Shown: positions 13,007-27,045 of the stretch, one piece after another
Layout of the letters: each line of letters opens with the position of its first letter
Numbering within the stretch: the first letter of the stretch is position 1
Assembly (NCBI GenBank): GCA_052426225.1
Contig: JBNJNM010000006.1
Span: 868,001 to 932,000, forward strand
DNA length: 64,000 nt
Origin: Zancudomyces culisetae HAW-14-8
Taxonomy: Eukaryota > Fungi > Kickxellomycota
Direction: 5' to 3'
Notes under the pieces: generated by a model
The model's database searches: none
Told to the model about the DNA's origin: nothing
What the model saw: the letters and a program-made list of their open reading frames with translations, nothing else
Translations under genes and position numbers: made by a program

Positions 13007-14831
13007 TGCTAGGTGTTTTGGTTTTCAAAATTTTTTTTATTTTAACAGAGTTTATTCTGTGCTATCCTTAACTTTATGTATATTTTTTTGTTATCCTTTA
13101 TATCATTTGGGTTGAACATTAATTTCAAACTGAACCTTATATTTATTTTTAGAAGTGCTAATTATAACGCGGGGCTGAATTTAACATGGCTCGCAAAATA
13201 TGATTTCTTGTGCAAAGTTCAATTTTGTCAATTCTTTTTGGATTAGAATCTTTTTAATTAACTTTTAATATAACTCGGCGGAGTTTGGCCTAATGGGTAT
13301 AGTCGCTAAGTTTGCGCTAATCTCAAGTTATTATGATTAATGGAAAAAATATATTTCTTGTTCTGAGGAATCCATTGTTCGCTTCAATCTGCTTATTGTT
13401 CGCTGGCTACAAATAATCAATCTTATTTAATTTCTTGTGGTTTTTTATTGGACACTGACTGGGATGAATAGCAATTGTGCATGGAGAGCTCATTATACTT
13501 TAGAAAATTCTAAATATCTTTTGCTATTATTACCACTATTAGCTCTTGCAAATGGCTGTAAACTCTGAGCATTTAATTATAGTTGAGTTCAAACAAGCTC
13601 ATTATTTGTCGTGCAATCCGCTAATCATCAAGAAACTTCAAGTACGATAGTATACCAACTTGTATGTGTGTCAATACTTGTAAATAAGACGATTTTCAAT
13701 ATATCTATCTGTTTTGGTTTATTGTCTTTAAAAATCCTAAACATGATATTTTTTGCAATGTATTTAATTGTTTTACTAATTTTTTCTTTCAACTTTGATG
13801 GTGTTGGGGCTGTCTTTTTTTCTCTTTCTCCCGTTTCCACCACTACTTTATGTTTTTATAAAATTCTACGGTTTACATTTACGCAAGGCTAAACAGTTAG
13901 AATGCCATTAAATATCATATATTGTATACATTATACGCTTCCTAAACAATAAGATATAATAAACTTCACTTCCGTCCTATTGGGCGGTATCTTTTATATA
14001 CTCTCGTTTGTTTCGTTACTTTTTCTCAAAAAACAAGCAGACTTATAGTATTCAAACATTATATATAAGAGTGTATATGCATATGTCATACTAATTGTTT
14101 ATGTATGTACTATGGATACTCGCAAAGCGTGCTGGAGTCTTTTTTAGATCATCAAGTTTAGTACAAAAAATAAAAAGATAACCTGTTGGTTCAGGCTTTC
14201 ACTTCTACTGGAGATGACTGAGTCCGGGAAAGAGAAATCTAAGCGTAATAGGCACCTTTGAAAAATATTAATTCTAATCACTGGATGAACAATAAACACT
14301 AACAAAATGCGTACGGTAAAGCAAAATATACAAATATCAGCAATCGAATTCAAACAATTTTAAGGAGGCACCCTTCAGGTGTAATACTCCCGACTCTCTC
14401 AAGGCTATAAAACTAGCACTCTATGTACAATTATACTCAGTATACATCTCATATCATAAATAACAACGAAAGATGCCTATATCAATTCTCAATGACAATA
14501 ACAACATACTTTTCTGAAACAGAAAATATAAACACAAAATCTAATCAAAACGATGTCTTTTCGTTCAAAAAAGGGTATCACAACAGAGCAGCGAGTTTTT
14601 TAAAACGTAATAATGCGTGTTACATTTGAATAGACATGTTTTTTTAAAGGGAAAGGTTTGCTAACAATGTGTGTAGCTTTTTGAAATACAATAATCTAAT
14701 ACTACACTATAGAGATAAACTGCAGATATCTTAGAATCAAGTATATACTACAAATTAGGGATAATACAATATACGTACATCTGACTAAAAAGTGCGTTTT
14801 TTTTGGCAACATATTATACAGGCCTCAGCAA

Positions 14832-15548
14832 TTACTCGTAGGAAACATTGACTTGTTGCTTGTTATTAAAAAATACATCATTTTTTGCTCCATAAATACC
14901 CAACTGTGGATACCTTTCGATACCCGGTTGAATGTTTTTAGAAACAATACTAAATTCATCGACTTTGGCCACCAAATTTGATCCAAACACGCTATCTATG
15001 GACCTTTTTTCCACCTTTCCTTCACCTGGCGTGATTGTGCTTAGTTTTGGGTTGCTCCTCTGTGGAATTGGCTCATTCATTGTTTCCACCCACTCTAGTT
15101 CCCCAGTGTAAGAGTTTTTTCTGAGTACACATTTGTAATATGTTCTCTTTCTCCCATTTTTGCTTAGTCCTGCACTACTACCACCGTTTTCAAGCGATCC
15201 GTAAGAACCATTTGTCCTTATTGACGTCAGATCCGACGAGGGCTCAGACACACATTGCTGACCCGTGGTGTCTAGAATTTCTTCTTGGATTCTTGTTCTG
15301 GGGACGAATAAGCTTTTGACCCTACTTATTAATTTTTGGAGATTCGATGGTTCGTTTTTCCTGTTTGCTTCCAAGTCAGCTTGGTATGGCACTAGTTCTT
15401 CACTCTCGGCTGTCTTTGCAGGTCGTGCTCTAAGCTTTATAAAGACTACTATTAACAAAAATAGCGTTGCTCCACCGCAGGAGAGTAGGAACAATAGTGG
15501 CAGCGATAGTTGGTAGCGTTCTCTTTTTATCGCTTCATTATATCCCAT
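14832..15548 (-). CDS. Uncharacterised single-pass membrane protein
   Basis: 238-aa ORF with an N-terminal hydrophobic segment (LSLPLLFLLSCGGATLFLLIVVFI) followed by basic residues and a hydrophilic tail. Confidence 0.65.
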   Translation of the reverse strand: MGYNEAIKRERYQLSLPLLFLLSCGGATLFLLIVVFIKLRARPAKTAESEELVPYQADLEANRKNEPSNLQKLISRVKSLFVPRTRIQEEILDTTGQQCVSEPSSDLTSIRTNGSYGSLENGGSSAGLSKNGRKRTYYKCVLRKNSYTGELEWVETMNEPIPQRSNPKLSTITPGEGKVEKRSIDSVFGSNLVAKVDEFSIVSKNIQPGIERYPQLGIYGAKNDVFFNNKQQVNVSYE

Positions 15549-18500
15549 CCTATTAGTTCCGGTGTTTATCTTGTTTTTGTTTTTGTTCTTGTTATCAATG
15601 TGTATATCTTTTCAAAGGTACAAAACGAATAGTTAAAAAAAAATAACTCGGCATAACCCAAAAACGTTTAGTATGAAGTGAAAAGTTAAAATTGAAGAAA
15701 TATTTTTTGATTGTTGCTTGACCCGTACCGGACTAATATATATATATACATGTATTTATGTGGTAATATGCGAGGGTGTGTGCTTTCAAGAAAGTTTGGC
15801 AAAATATTGCTATTTGCTGTTACCAATGTTGCAAATGAATAATTTTGCATTAATGATGATAATGACACATGTTTTATAAAACTATGAAAATTGCTTTTTT
15901 TTATCGCCCACACCCATTCCTCATTCAGGAAAGTTCAAAAGAGAATATTCTGGTTAATCTCTCCCTTTGTTTCTTGCTTTTGACTCATTTGAGTTTCTAT
16001 CTATTAAATTTTGACGAAATTCTATCATTCCAGTTTGTGCACAGTGGTTTCGTGAAAATAGAGCTTTTAATTTTCATAAACATGCCAACTTTATTTGTTT
16101 TTTTTATTTAGCGCATTATTTATCCAGGCGTCATACTTTTGTTGCTCATTTTAGTTTCTGGAGTGGGCTTTGAACTAAATAGCTATAAATATGATTTGAA
16201 TTTAAAATTGGAAAGACCTGTACATTATTTTTGGTCCATTAAACAATAAAAAACATACTCACATTATCTGGTAATTGGTGCGTTTTTCCTTTGGCATGTC
16301 AAAGAATGGCTCAAATTTGAATCGATTGTAGTTCACAAAAAAAAGACGCATTCAGATTAACCGGGAAAAAAAAAGAAAATTTGCTCATTTTTTTTGTCGT
16401 GTTCATGCACAATGCTTCCGCCTCCATTGACAAATATACCACCAATTGTTAAATTGGTTTTGTAGTAATGAGCCTGCACATCATTAACCCAAATTAATAT
16501 TTAATGTATTGGTACGGTATATTAAATATTTATGCTATAGTCTGCGTTTCCCAGCACAGACTTTGAAGTGGGCTAGCTAGTTAGATCTGGCTAGAGCATT
16601 TTTACCAATTCGCTATAATCACAGCTGCGCTCCAAGAAAAAGATGTGGAAATCCTTAAGTTTACAATAATTTTTCTATAGTCGTCTAAAAGTATGAATAA
16701 AACGCCTAAAATTTAAATGAAATTAATGATTTTCGTACTTGTTTTGATTAACAACAAATTGCACCAATATCCGCTATATCGGCTAGAAATGGTAATTCAT
16801 GCCAAACTACAACAATCTCTGGCTTTAAGTATACTATTCTCACTTTATGCTTTGTTTTTGAAACACCAACCCATGATATGGAAAACGCCGCTAATTTTTG
16901 CTACATCCTATTCGAGGGTGTTATTTTGGTATGGAGTATGTTTTGCAACATTTTAAAAGCAAAAATACCGGATTTTGGCACTTGCAACACTAAGCATCCA
17001 ACCAATTCCTAAACAAAATGTAAATCAAAGCACTTGCTGACTGGGATAATAGATACCATAATTAAACACTTGCCAGCTTTTGAAAATCATAAACATCTGC
17101 GCGGCGGAGTTTAGGTTAAGGTTTAAACGTAAACAAATAATCAGTAGGCTAAATAAAAACTGTCGCCTTAATTGCGACACCGAATCTTGTTCCGCTAGTA
17201 TTTACCACCATTTTCAAAGCATGTGCGATATTTTTGTAGTAACTATTTTTGTGGGCAATAAAGCGTCGGCGTCGGCAGTAATTTAAACTAACCGGGTATG
17301 TAAAACGTTGCGCAAATTACACAAATGCACCTATCAATATCACCTCGACCCCACTCCCAAAATACCCAATCCATCCAATTCTGAATCATTGTTAATTGGC
17401 CAATTGTTAGGTGGTAGCATTGTCCTAGAGTATCATAGCTATTCATATTCTGCTTTGAGAAATTAGCATTTCTGAATAAGAGCTGGAGTAGAAAGGGTAA
17501 AATAGCACATTTCAAAGAAATTGTTTTTTCTGGTAAGAATCTTGGGGAAGTCAAAGGAGCGGAATGTATTTTAAAATGTTGTAGAAAATGAGATATGACG
17601 GACATCAGTTTATCCAAAATAAATCGTGAGTTCAGTAACCTTATTGCGCAATTATGTATTTATTTGATGCTTCTTGTTCTTCTGCTATTTTGGCGTTTTA
17701 ACTGTTTTAAAAAAAGGACTTTCAAAAAATGCAAGGATGTGCAGATTTCTCTATATACGAATTTCATATGGCCTAAAACCTGTCTTTTATTCACCCTACT
17801 AGAATCCGATACAATCATTTGCAGAATAAACTTTAAAGACTTAGATAAGGCAATCAGTATGATTTTCAAACACACACTCATACACACGCGCAAAAAAATA
17901 AACAAAAACCGATTGCAGCTGCAACTTTAGGAGTTAAAATTATACCAGAAAATTAATCTCATTACTCTTTACTGGCCTCCTTAATGTTTCTTGAAATGCA
18001 CAGAATGTTGACTTTATTCCATATCGAGCTTTTAACACACCTATTAACATCCGTACCATCCCCTTTCCAATTTGAATAAATAAAATGTATAGCTTGGTGA
18101 TGTCACAGTACAAAAACACTGGAAAATGGTGATCCACAGCTGTGTTGTTTACTTGACACAGATTCTGCTTTCTATTTTATAGCAAACATTATAAGGCAAA
18201 TACATGCCGTGACATGATCGGCTATTTTCCGCTTTATAATAAATTTATAATAGACTATACGTTTATAACTAAGCTGAGAATTAATTATATCGAGAATTGG
18301 GCCAATATATACGCGAAAAAACTTGAACTCGCATTCGATTCTTATTTCTTATATATTCCTTCACTAAAGTCTGGTAATAAAGAACATCGACACTTTCTAT
18401 TAGCACATTTTTTTTGTGTACAGCTCAATGTTTGCTATTTTACACATCACATCCTGACAGGGCTTGTGTAAGCCGCGTGCCAATATATCTAACATTAAAA

Positions 18501-19039
18501 TTAGCATCACTTTTTTGGGTTTCAACTACATATGTTACTGTCTTGTGTGCAAATAATATCCTGAAAAAAATCAGCACGTCATCGGTGTATATTAAAAATA
18601 AAACAATGGTACATTTGCAGCCAGAGACATCAGCATTACTTTGTGAGACTACACGTGTCATATATTGCCATGACAGCATCATTTTAAAGTCATTGGTTGG
18701 ATATTTGTGTAGTTTTTTCTTGCGATAATAATTCTTGGAACCAAACCCTGTTCTTGGGTAGCAATCAGGATTTTTTTTTTAAAAAAACAAAAAAAAACGC
18801 TAGTAGGCCTTTACGGAGCTTGTATGCAACTATATCCATTACTAAAGAGAAATAATCTGCCAAGCAGACTTAAATTTTCATGTCTGAGGAGAGGGGTTCC
18901 AAGTAGTAGATTACATAATATATTGGTAAAATGTTGAGTATCAAAAGCAAGAAAAAAGTGGATATGTCCTAGATATAAATAAAATGGAGTATACATATCC
19001 AGACGCCAACAGTACTGCTGCTGATAAGTTAAGGGTTTT

Positions 19040-21174
19040 TTACCATCGCGATTCATAAAAGTTGATTTTTGCTGATGTGTTATTTTTTATTGACCATGCG
19101 GAACACGCCCTCCTTGCATTTGTCACCATATCCTCAGTGCCTGATGCAAATACACCATAAATGGCGTTCCCATTCTCCTTCACGATCTTCTCATATATTT
19201 CATAGTAGTTTGGTCTATTAACATATGCAGATACAAAAGAGACATTTAGGCCGTGGAACCTTTCAAGCATGCTGTAAAAGTTGTTTTCGTAATTTTTTTC
19301 ACATGCCAGATTGATGCTCGTTAGATATAGCGACATGCTGAATTTGTTTGAAAACCGCATTGACTTGAGTCGCTCAACAACATCCTAAGTAAAATATTTA
19401 TCATTACAGTGTTATTTTGGTTTTTTCATGTTTATAGTCTAACTGAGTAGCTACTAATCATGAGGATATGTATAAAATCTATCTTTCTTACCTCCATAAA
19501 GCCGAATAACGAAACCTCGCGATTGCTCCATACAACATGAATTTTTTTTAGTTTGTAGTCATTTGAGACGTTATTGATATCATAAATAAATTTGTTGACC
19601 ACAGACTTAACTGTAGATATCCCAGTTCCGCTAGCAATAAGTACTGCAATTTCATTTTCAAATATGTACCTCACTGGACTCTCATAATAACCACTCACCC
19701 ACAGGTTAGGGCTGGATATACTAGGATTACTCATTATCTTATTATAGCCGGACAATGAGAGTCGGTCATTTTTTCCTGATTTTTTATTATTTAAGCATAG
19801 TGGTGAGGATGCACCTTGGTCAGACGTCACAGTGTCGCTGTATACGCTGCCTCCCGTTTGTTTTTTTTGAAGGTAGTGCTGTGTGTTTGGGTCAGTATTC
19901 TCTGTATCTATTGTTTTTTCAAAGTTGTTTGATACTCTTACATCAAAAAACTCTTTATCTTTATATTCAACTCTAACTTGTCTCGAAAAAATTATTCCAC
20001 ACAAAATCTGTTCCCAATCACCTTTCCCATTTATTAATAGACTTATAAAATCATCACCAGGACCTGTTGCAACGCTATATGGATGCCATTCAGTCAATGA
20101 AACATGTGGACAATTAATGTAAACATGACTGAGTGCGCTACAGTTTGGGGTCGCTATCTTGGATTGAAAACTATTAGGGTCGATTTTAAACTGAATTTCA
20201 AACGCGCTTTTTGACCACTTTCTCGCATAGATTTCCTTAAAGTTGGTCTTTTTCTTGAGAAAGTTTCTGTAGACCCTATCTACAAGATATATTGCTAGTG
20301 TTATCAACCACGTTTTTCCGCTGTATTGATGAAAGTATTGAAAAGCAAGGGCCACAATTATCAGGTGATGCGAGTAGTAAAACAATTTGTATGATGCATT
20401 TCTGAAATAGGCTATTGTATTTATGATAGTATTTAGCAAGCGTTATATAGTGGATAACGTGTATTTGATAGTACAATTATATTAATACTTTTGTTGTAGT
20501 TGTTGGGATAGCTCCACAGCAAAACATCCTATCATTGGCTTCCGCTTTCCACCACGTCTCACAAAAATATATATATATGAATAAAACTTACGCATAGACA
20601 TTACAATCGGGAACGTATAAAAGATAAAAGCACATAAACCCGTAATGAGCTCGTGTTGGTCTGCATATTTTTTAAATATTAGTGGAGCTCTTGTATTTGG
20701 GGGTCTTGGAACGTGCTGTACTCCATTGTATATCACAAGTCGCTTTTCAGAATTCATTATATATGTCGTATCAAACAAGGGTGCGTACATCATGAAAAAC
20801 CCCAAAATTCCATGAATTACAAACCAAATGAAAAAACATGTCGCAAAATACATATGCAGTTCTACTTGGTTTTCTATTCGTATAGATCTCCATCCTATAA
20901 CCCATCTAAGATACCTCCTTGGTTTGAATATACTACTAATAGGGTCTAGGAAAAGGATTCTAGCAACATGTAATACGGTTGGCGACATTGTTATGAAAAG
21001 TATAGTAAGGTTGTAGCTTATTGAAGCATTTGTCGCTTTGAATAGCGTAGTAAGTCCCAGTGTACCACCCCCATATCTAATGTACCCTTGTATGAAAGCA
21101 AGTACCTGAAAAATGGTCATAAAAACCATTATCCCCCTCCGACTCACTAACAAAAGTATTAGTTGATAAAACAT
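19040..21174 (-). CDS. NADPH oxidase / ferric reductase family flavocytochrome b (3 exons: 21174-20592, 20411-19492, 19384-19040)
   Basis: Heme His pairs ELHMYFATCFFIWFVIHG and FYYSHHLIIVALAFQYFH; FAD motif EWHPYS; NADPH motifs LIASGTGIS, VVWSNRE, RPNY, GVFASG. GTAAG donors and AG acceptors join the exons in frame. Confidence 0.88.
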
Positions 21175-23471
21175 TTATTGTGCACCAATGGTTGTGATAT
21201 GTATCTGTTATGTTTTAATGAATATGTTCGCCAATTAACAGGTACTTACAATAGAAGTCGTATATAGCACTATTGTGTTTATCGTTTGACTTCGTAACCC
21301 TCGTCATACTTTCAGTTGTTCTTATCTAATCTACTTCCTATAATCCGAATGAGAGTAACACAAATTTCAAGCCTATTTTGCAACTTCGCCTATCAAGCAA
21401 ATGAACTCACTAAAGTACCAAGGTTCACATCACCAATTTAACGTTGGCTTATAAATACTGGTATATCTTGTCTGTTCCGATGAATTACAAGAGTTTCTGA
21501 AATGAAAGCTGAAATATATTATTTTTTTCAGTGCACAGCTATTTTTAACGAAACCAGAATATAACTCACTTCTTTTTATTGATTGCTTGGATATATAAAA
21601 AAAAAATTAGCAGCTTTGTTTAAAAACCAAATACACAACATAATGATAGATTTTGAGCGTACAGACACTTTATTCATGGCTTTCAGAGATGAATCACGCA
21701 TTAATTAGGGATTCAATCCTCATGGAGTGGATAGTCCACGTTTCCAACGCCCAAGAGTTCACAATAGAAATAGCAGTTAAAACCACATCTTTACATTTTA
21801 TGATGGTCTACACGACCCATAAACACCAAATTCTTCATCTACTCAACCTGAGTTACAAAGTGTGGATTTGGACAATACCAAATTTGAGAATAATAATTAA
21901 GACTCCTTATAACCTAAATTTTGTGAAGAAAAAAGCAAGAATGGTTATCCTTGGAGTTTTTGAGCCCAAAAGTATCTGATATGTATCAATTTTGTCCACT
22001 GTTCACCAGAAGAAAGGAAGAATGAAATTAACAAGAAAAGGAATGGACCGATGAACGTGAGCATGGAAATACAAAAAGAAATTCTTGCATTTGAGTGTGT
22101 GATGTTTGTGGATTTTAAAGTGTACTTTATACCTGTGTACTTGGCTATTAATTATTATTTTTATTTTTTCATACGCTCTTTCCTACGGATATTTATTCTT
22201 TGAGGCTGTATTATCTAAATTTTCCTTGTGAAACCAAAATCAATAGAAAATGAGACTAGCAAGACAACAGCCTCGCGTTTCCCACAAAAAAACCTTTAAT
22301 TATGGATTTATCTTTATCTAGTACAACATGTACTTAGCTTTTCAAGTAATGGGAATTGAATAGAGCAAGTTCAAAAATGCAGTGTGAAATACACCAAAAA
22401 AAAAGATCTCAAAATGTGCAGCTACGATGGTGCTTCTATGCCAAAATCTCAGAGATATGCACTCAGCACAGGTATATTGATTGTATGCTAAGTTTATAGC
22501 CATACCACTAGCGACTCAGAGCTGGTGTAAAACACAACAAATAAGTAGGAAGTTTCTTTACTTAAAAAAAGAAGCTGATGCGCTCAAATACACAGCTAGT
22601 AGCTGGTATAGAATAATATGTATGATGTGAGTCATATTATTGCAGTACTCAGCATTTTAATACTAAACCTTATGAGCCAAACTCACACCTGAAGTATCAT
22701 AAAATAATATTTTATAAATATATTTCTATGTGTGAGTGACAAATTGGAAATTTTGCAACTGAGGCACTATGTAACTGAATACACAAGGCACCAGGAGCAC
22801 CAGCCAAACCTTAAGAAAAAATGATGCTTAGGGTTGATCTCTACCTCTTACCTCTTACCTCTCTATCTTTATAAACTTTTTTTTTTTGCGTTGTGCGCCT
22901 CTAGTAAATGAGGATAAACATGTTCAGATAAAGCATTGTGTATTTACTGCATTTTGCCATCTAACTTTAGTTAAAAGTAAAGTGCTGAATTATATAGGAC
23001 ACAAAAAAAAGATGTCAACAAGTCTGGAATCTTGGCTGTAGTATACACACATGCAGATCAGAATAAACTCTGCATCCAGATTTTGACAGAAAATGCTTTG
23101 GGGACGTTCAAAACTCAGCAATTGTAAGTCAGTCGGATAAAATATCTTGCGATTAAGTTTCATGAGAATATTTATACTGACTCTGTTAACTTATAGTTCG
23201 ACGTATGATCAAGTTTTCCTGTTGATGTTCGGTTTAGGTTTGATGATGGAAAATGCAAGCCAAGCTGGTGCCATTACCTTTTTTCTTTTTTAAGCTTTGA
23301 ACTCCGAATGTTATTTGCTGGTTATTAACTGGAATTTTTCGGCTAAAATTTGACACAAACCATTTAAAGAACGTTTAAAGGATGGATTTTTCAATTTATT
23401 ATCTTGGCCAGCACTTTAAACAATAGCAGGTTTGGAGGAAGGAGTGCCACATAAAACAGTAGATAAAGACA

Positions 23472-26421
23472 ATGAATGAAATTGGTTTGCTAGAACGACA
23501 AAAACGGAACAGAGGCTTCTCATCTGGTAGTATCGAAAGAACCAGGGAGGCGCTCATTGAACTGGCAAATTTTATCGATGAATCCAGCAAATACGAAAAG
23601 GCCACGAGCAAGGAAGAAGGAAAGGCGAGAGTGCAAATCAAGTGGAAAGATGGAGTAGACGATTTTGATGAAGCCAGGATAGAAAGCAGTGGTGTATCGA
23701 GACCGGAGAATAGCCAGGTGGATGATATGCAGCTCGAGCTGGATGAGAACGAGCAGGCGAAGGATTCAACTAAAAAGGAACAAACCGAGCGAATAGAGAC
23801 GGTAGTAGCAGAGATAGAAAGATTAATACAAATAGGAAAATTGGCAGAGTACATTTCAAGGAAAAGTAGTGGGGCGGATGAGCAGTTTTCAAAATCAATA
23901 TCGGGAGTATATAATGTAACAAATTGTTTTTAAAGTTAGGAAATTGTATGTGGCTATATATTCTATTTGTGCGTTCATAACCAAGGGGATAAATGTGTAA
24001 AATAAATTTTAGAGTCTTGAGCACATGGAGGAGGCGATTAACGAAACCGAAGATTGTGTTGTGAAGATGAGCAAGGCTATTAGAGATATTAGGCAAAAGA
24101 CTAGTGCAATAACTGAAGAGTCTTCAATTTTGCTTGAAGAAAGGTAGGCTGAACCTCTATATAAGCGCTAGTATAATCATCATAGTATGAAATAGAGCTT
24201 AAGTATATTGAAACTTAATAATTATGTCAAAAAACAAAAAAAAAACAAACGAATAGAAAGGAGCTCGTGGAAAGGCTCGCGTTAGTTGAAAAATTGGAAA
24301 AGAGATTTGATACAAGAGAGATAGAGTGGACTGCAGGTGAAGGGGTAGAGGTGGGAGAGGAACTCATAGAGGTGTTGAGAAAAATAGAAACAAAGATGGA
24401 GGAGAGCACGATATTGCTTCAAACGAGCAAACCAATTGCAGTGTAAGTGAGAAAGTACCGATAAATAAATAGCTATGATAACCTTGAGGTATAGGTATAG
24501 GGGTTGGCAGGTCGTCTAAACTTGTATTCAAGTATGGGAAATGGACACAAAAATAATGCAATTCGAGTGTTTGCAATAACTAAAAAAATTGGTTTAATAC
24601 AATAGAACGGAGTTAATGCGAAGATTAAGCAGAATCCAAGAAAGGATATACAAGCGATTGTATGAGTGGGCAATTGGGGAGATCAAGGGGCTTAACAAAA
24701 CGTATCCTGAACCAAAGGCAATACTAAAGGCAGTGTTGAAGGAGCTACAGGCAAGGCCTGCGTTCTATGATGGGAGTATTCGTACTTTGACGGAAACACG
24801 GAGCGAAACCATAGTACGAAACTTCATAATGGCGCTGGTTAGGGGCGGGCCAAGTGGAGTTCCTCGGCCAATCGAGATTCATGCGTCAGATCCAGTTCGG
24901 TATGTGGGCGACATGCTAGCATGGGTTCACCAGGCACAGGCGGAGGAAGAGGAGTTGTTGGAGATGATAATGGTACGTGGGCGACGAAGAGCATCAAATA
25001 CCAGTATAGAAGAGGAGGAGCAACGGGTAGAAGAGGTGCTGGGGTCGTGTATGGATGGTGTTTGCCATTCGCTCGAGTTAAGGGTTGATCAAACACTAGA
25101 AGAGACAGGAAGTATCACTGTGGCACTGCAGTTGCATCAGCTGATAGCTTTTTATACAGATGTTATCAAACACAGCGAGCAGAGTCTCTTGTCCAACGTA
25201 TTATTTGGGCTGCTTAAGAAAAGTTGTGATGTGTTTCAGAGTCTTTACAAGGATTATATATCTAACGAGATAGACAATACTATACCTCCGCCTGTCACGC
25301 TGGATCTACCGGATTCTGCTCACAAGGTCTTGGGTCTAGTTGAAGATCTTTTAAATCTACGTTCTCTTTCACCAAAAACCTCTACACGTAACCGGAGGTA
25401 CTTGTACGCGCTTACTCCAAACGAAGGCCTTTCTATAGTCAAGCAATCTACTGTTACAGATACAAAGGGTGAAATGGGTGATATCCCTACTCAATTTATT
25501 GCGGATGAGTTGCACAGATTTGTTAACTACGTCTATGATATCGCCACGAGCACTCAGTCGTTGTTATCTTATGAAAAAGATATTTTTAGATGGAATTTGA
25601 ACTACCGGCTGCAGGTTAGTACATTATGAATGTATGACTATATAAATTACTAACACTATGGTTTATTTTTAGAACGAACTGGCAGCATTCACAAATGTGA
25701 GTTCCTTTATCAAATCACAAGTTAGCAAACAGTTAGAGATAGAATCTTCCTTGTTATCATCAACGGTAAGTTTTCCCTTGAATTTTGAATTAGCAAATGC
25801 TTTCCTTTGAATTCTGGAGCCGACTAATACATTTAACAATAAAAAAATTATCTTTAGATCGATCTCTTGATACAGAAATCGGGATTGGAAAGCTGTTTAT
25901 CCAGTATAAAGACCAGTTCAGCCGAGAAAATAGTAAGTAGTAAAATTGTGGGGACCATGGTATTTGGAGAGGAGGTGAAGGGTATGAGGGCTCCTTTATG
26001 TATACCAATTGGTGTTTGCTTTTTGCAGAAATTAAATAGTAAACAGTAATATCTCAAAGATTGCATTAAAAAACATTGTAAAAAAAAATCATGACAAACT
26101 TAGGAAAAAGCTAAGCTTTGGACATGTCTAAAGGACTTTGATATCGCGCTATCCAAAGGAAGGATGGACTTAACACCCACTACTCTGAGTCGACTACACA
26201 GCACAGTTTACGCACAAAAATTATCTCAAACATCTATCGAATACTTTGTTGAGCTTTATACGAAATTGTACCATTCCATAGCCATTAGTAGCAATGCTGA
26301 CAGCCATGTTTTATTAGTTTCCGATGGGTTTTCCCAAGAATACGACCAAGCAATGGTTGAAAGCATTGTTCCCAAAGATGTGACCATTCATAACCCTACA
26401 TCTTTGAAATTGCTGCTTTAA
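23472..26421 (+). CDS. COG6: Conserved oligomeric Golgi complex subunit 6 (multi-exon)
   Basis: Signature FIMALVRGGPSGVPRPIEIHASDPVRYVGDMLAWVHQA and IYKRLYEW. Several short GT-AG introns; start codon uncertain. Confidence 0.9.
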
Positions 26422-27045
26422 ATCTCTGTTTCTCTTCAATAAAATCATTGTAGTGTATTTTGTTACCCAGTTTTCCTCTGCGTTTAGTTTTTTGTAGTTG
26501 GGTTAGCTGTATCATTGATTTGATGTGTATTCACTCCAGTATTGGAGAATGATTATCTTGTTGGCTCATTAGACGAGTATACCAGTGAGCTCCAAATATG
26601 TAATACGTGGGGCCATGCAAGTTTAGTTGAAATACGTTTACATTATCGTTATTTTTTTTGTTGTTGCGTTATGACTATTTTTGGGTGTAAGTAGTTATTT
26701 TTGGGTACGATTAGTTTTTTTTGGTTTTGAGTAGTAAGTTATTTTTGGGTGAGTTTGGTTCAAAGTTGCATCTGTTAGCGACCATTACTCACGTTGATTG
26801 ATTATGCCATTGGTTGGGATTGCGTAAATAAATTGTGTTTTTTCCGCTTAGAACTGATATATTGGCGCGAATTAAATAAAAATTGTTATATATGAAGCAA
26901 GCCGGTTCAGTTTTGCTCTAAAAAAGAAATAGCATAAATCCCCCCCCCCTATCTGGTTTTTTTTTACCTAATTTTTTTTGAAATAGCGCTTATTTTTTCT
27001 CTCTGAATGTTAAGCAAAGAGATTATATCAAAAACAAAATGAAAA

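Noticed and set aside
13100-18800. Short ORFs in the AT-rich intergenic stretches
   Set aside because: Mostly non-ATG starts, F/L/I/K-rich composition expected from AT-rich noise, and no motifs (except 14832-15548).
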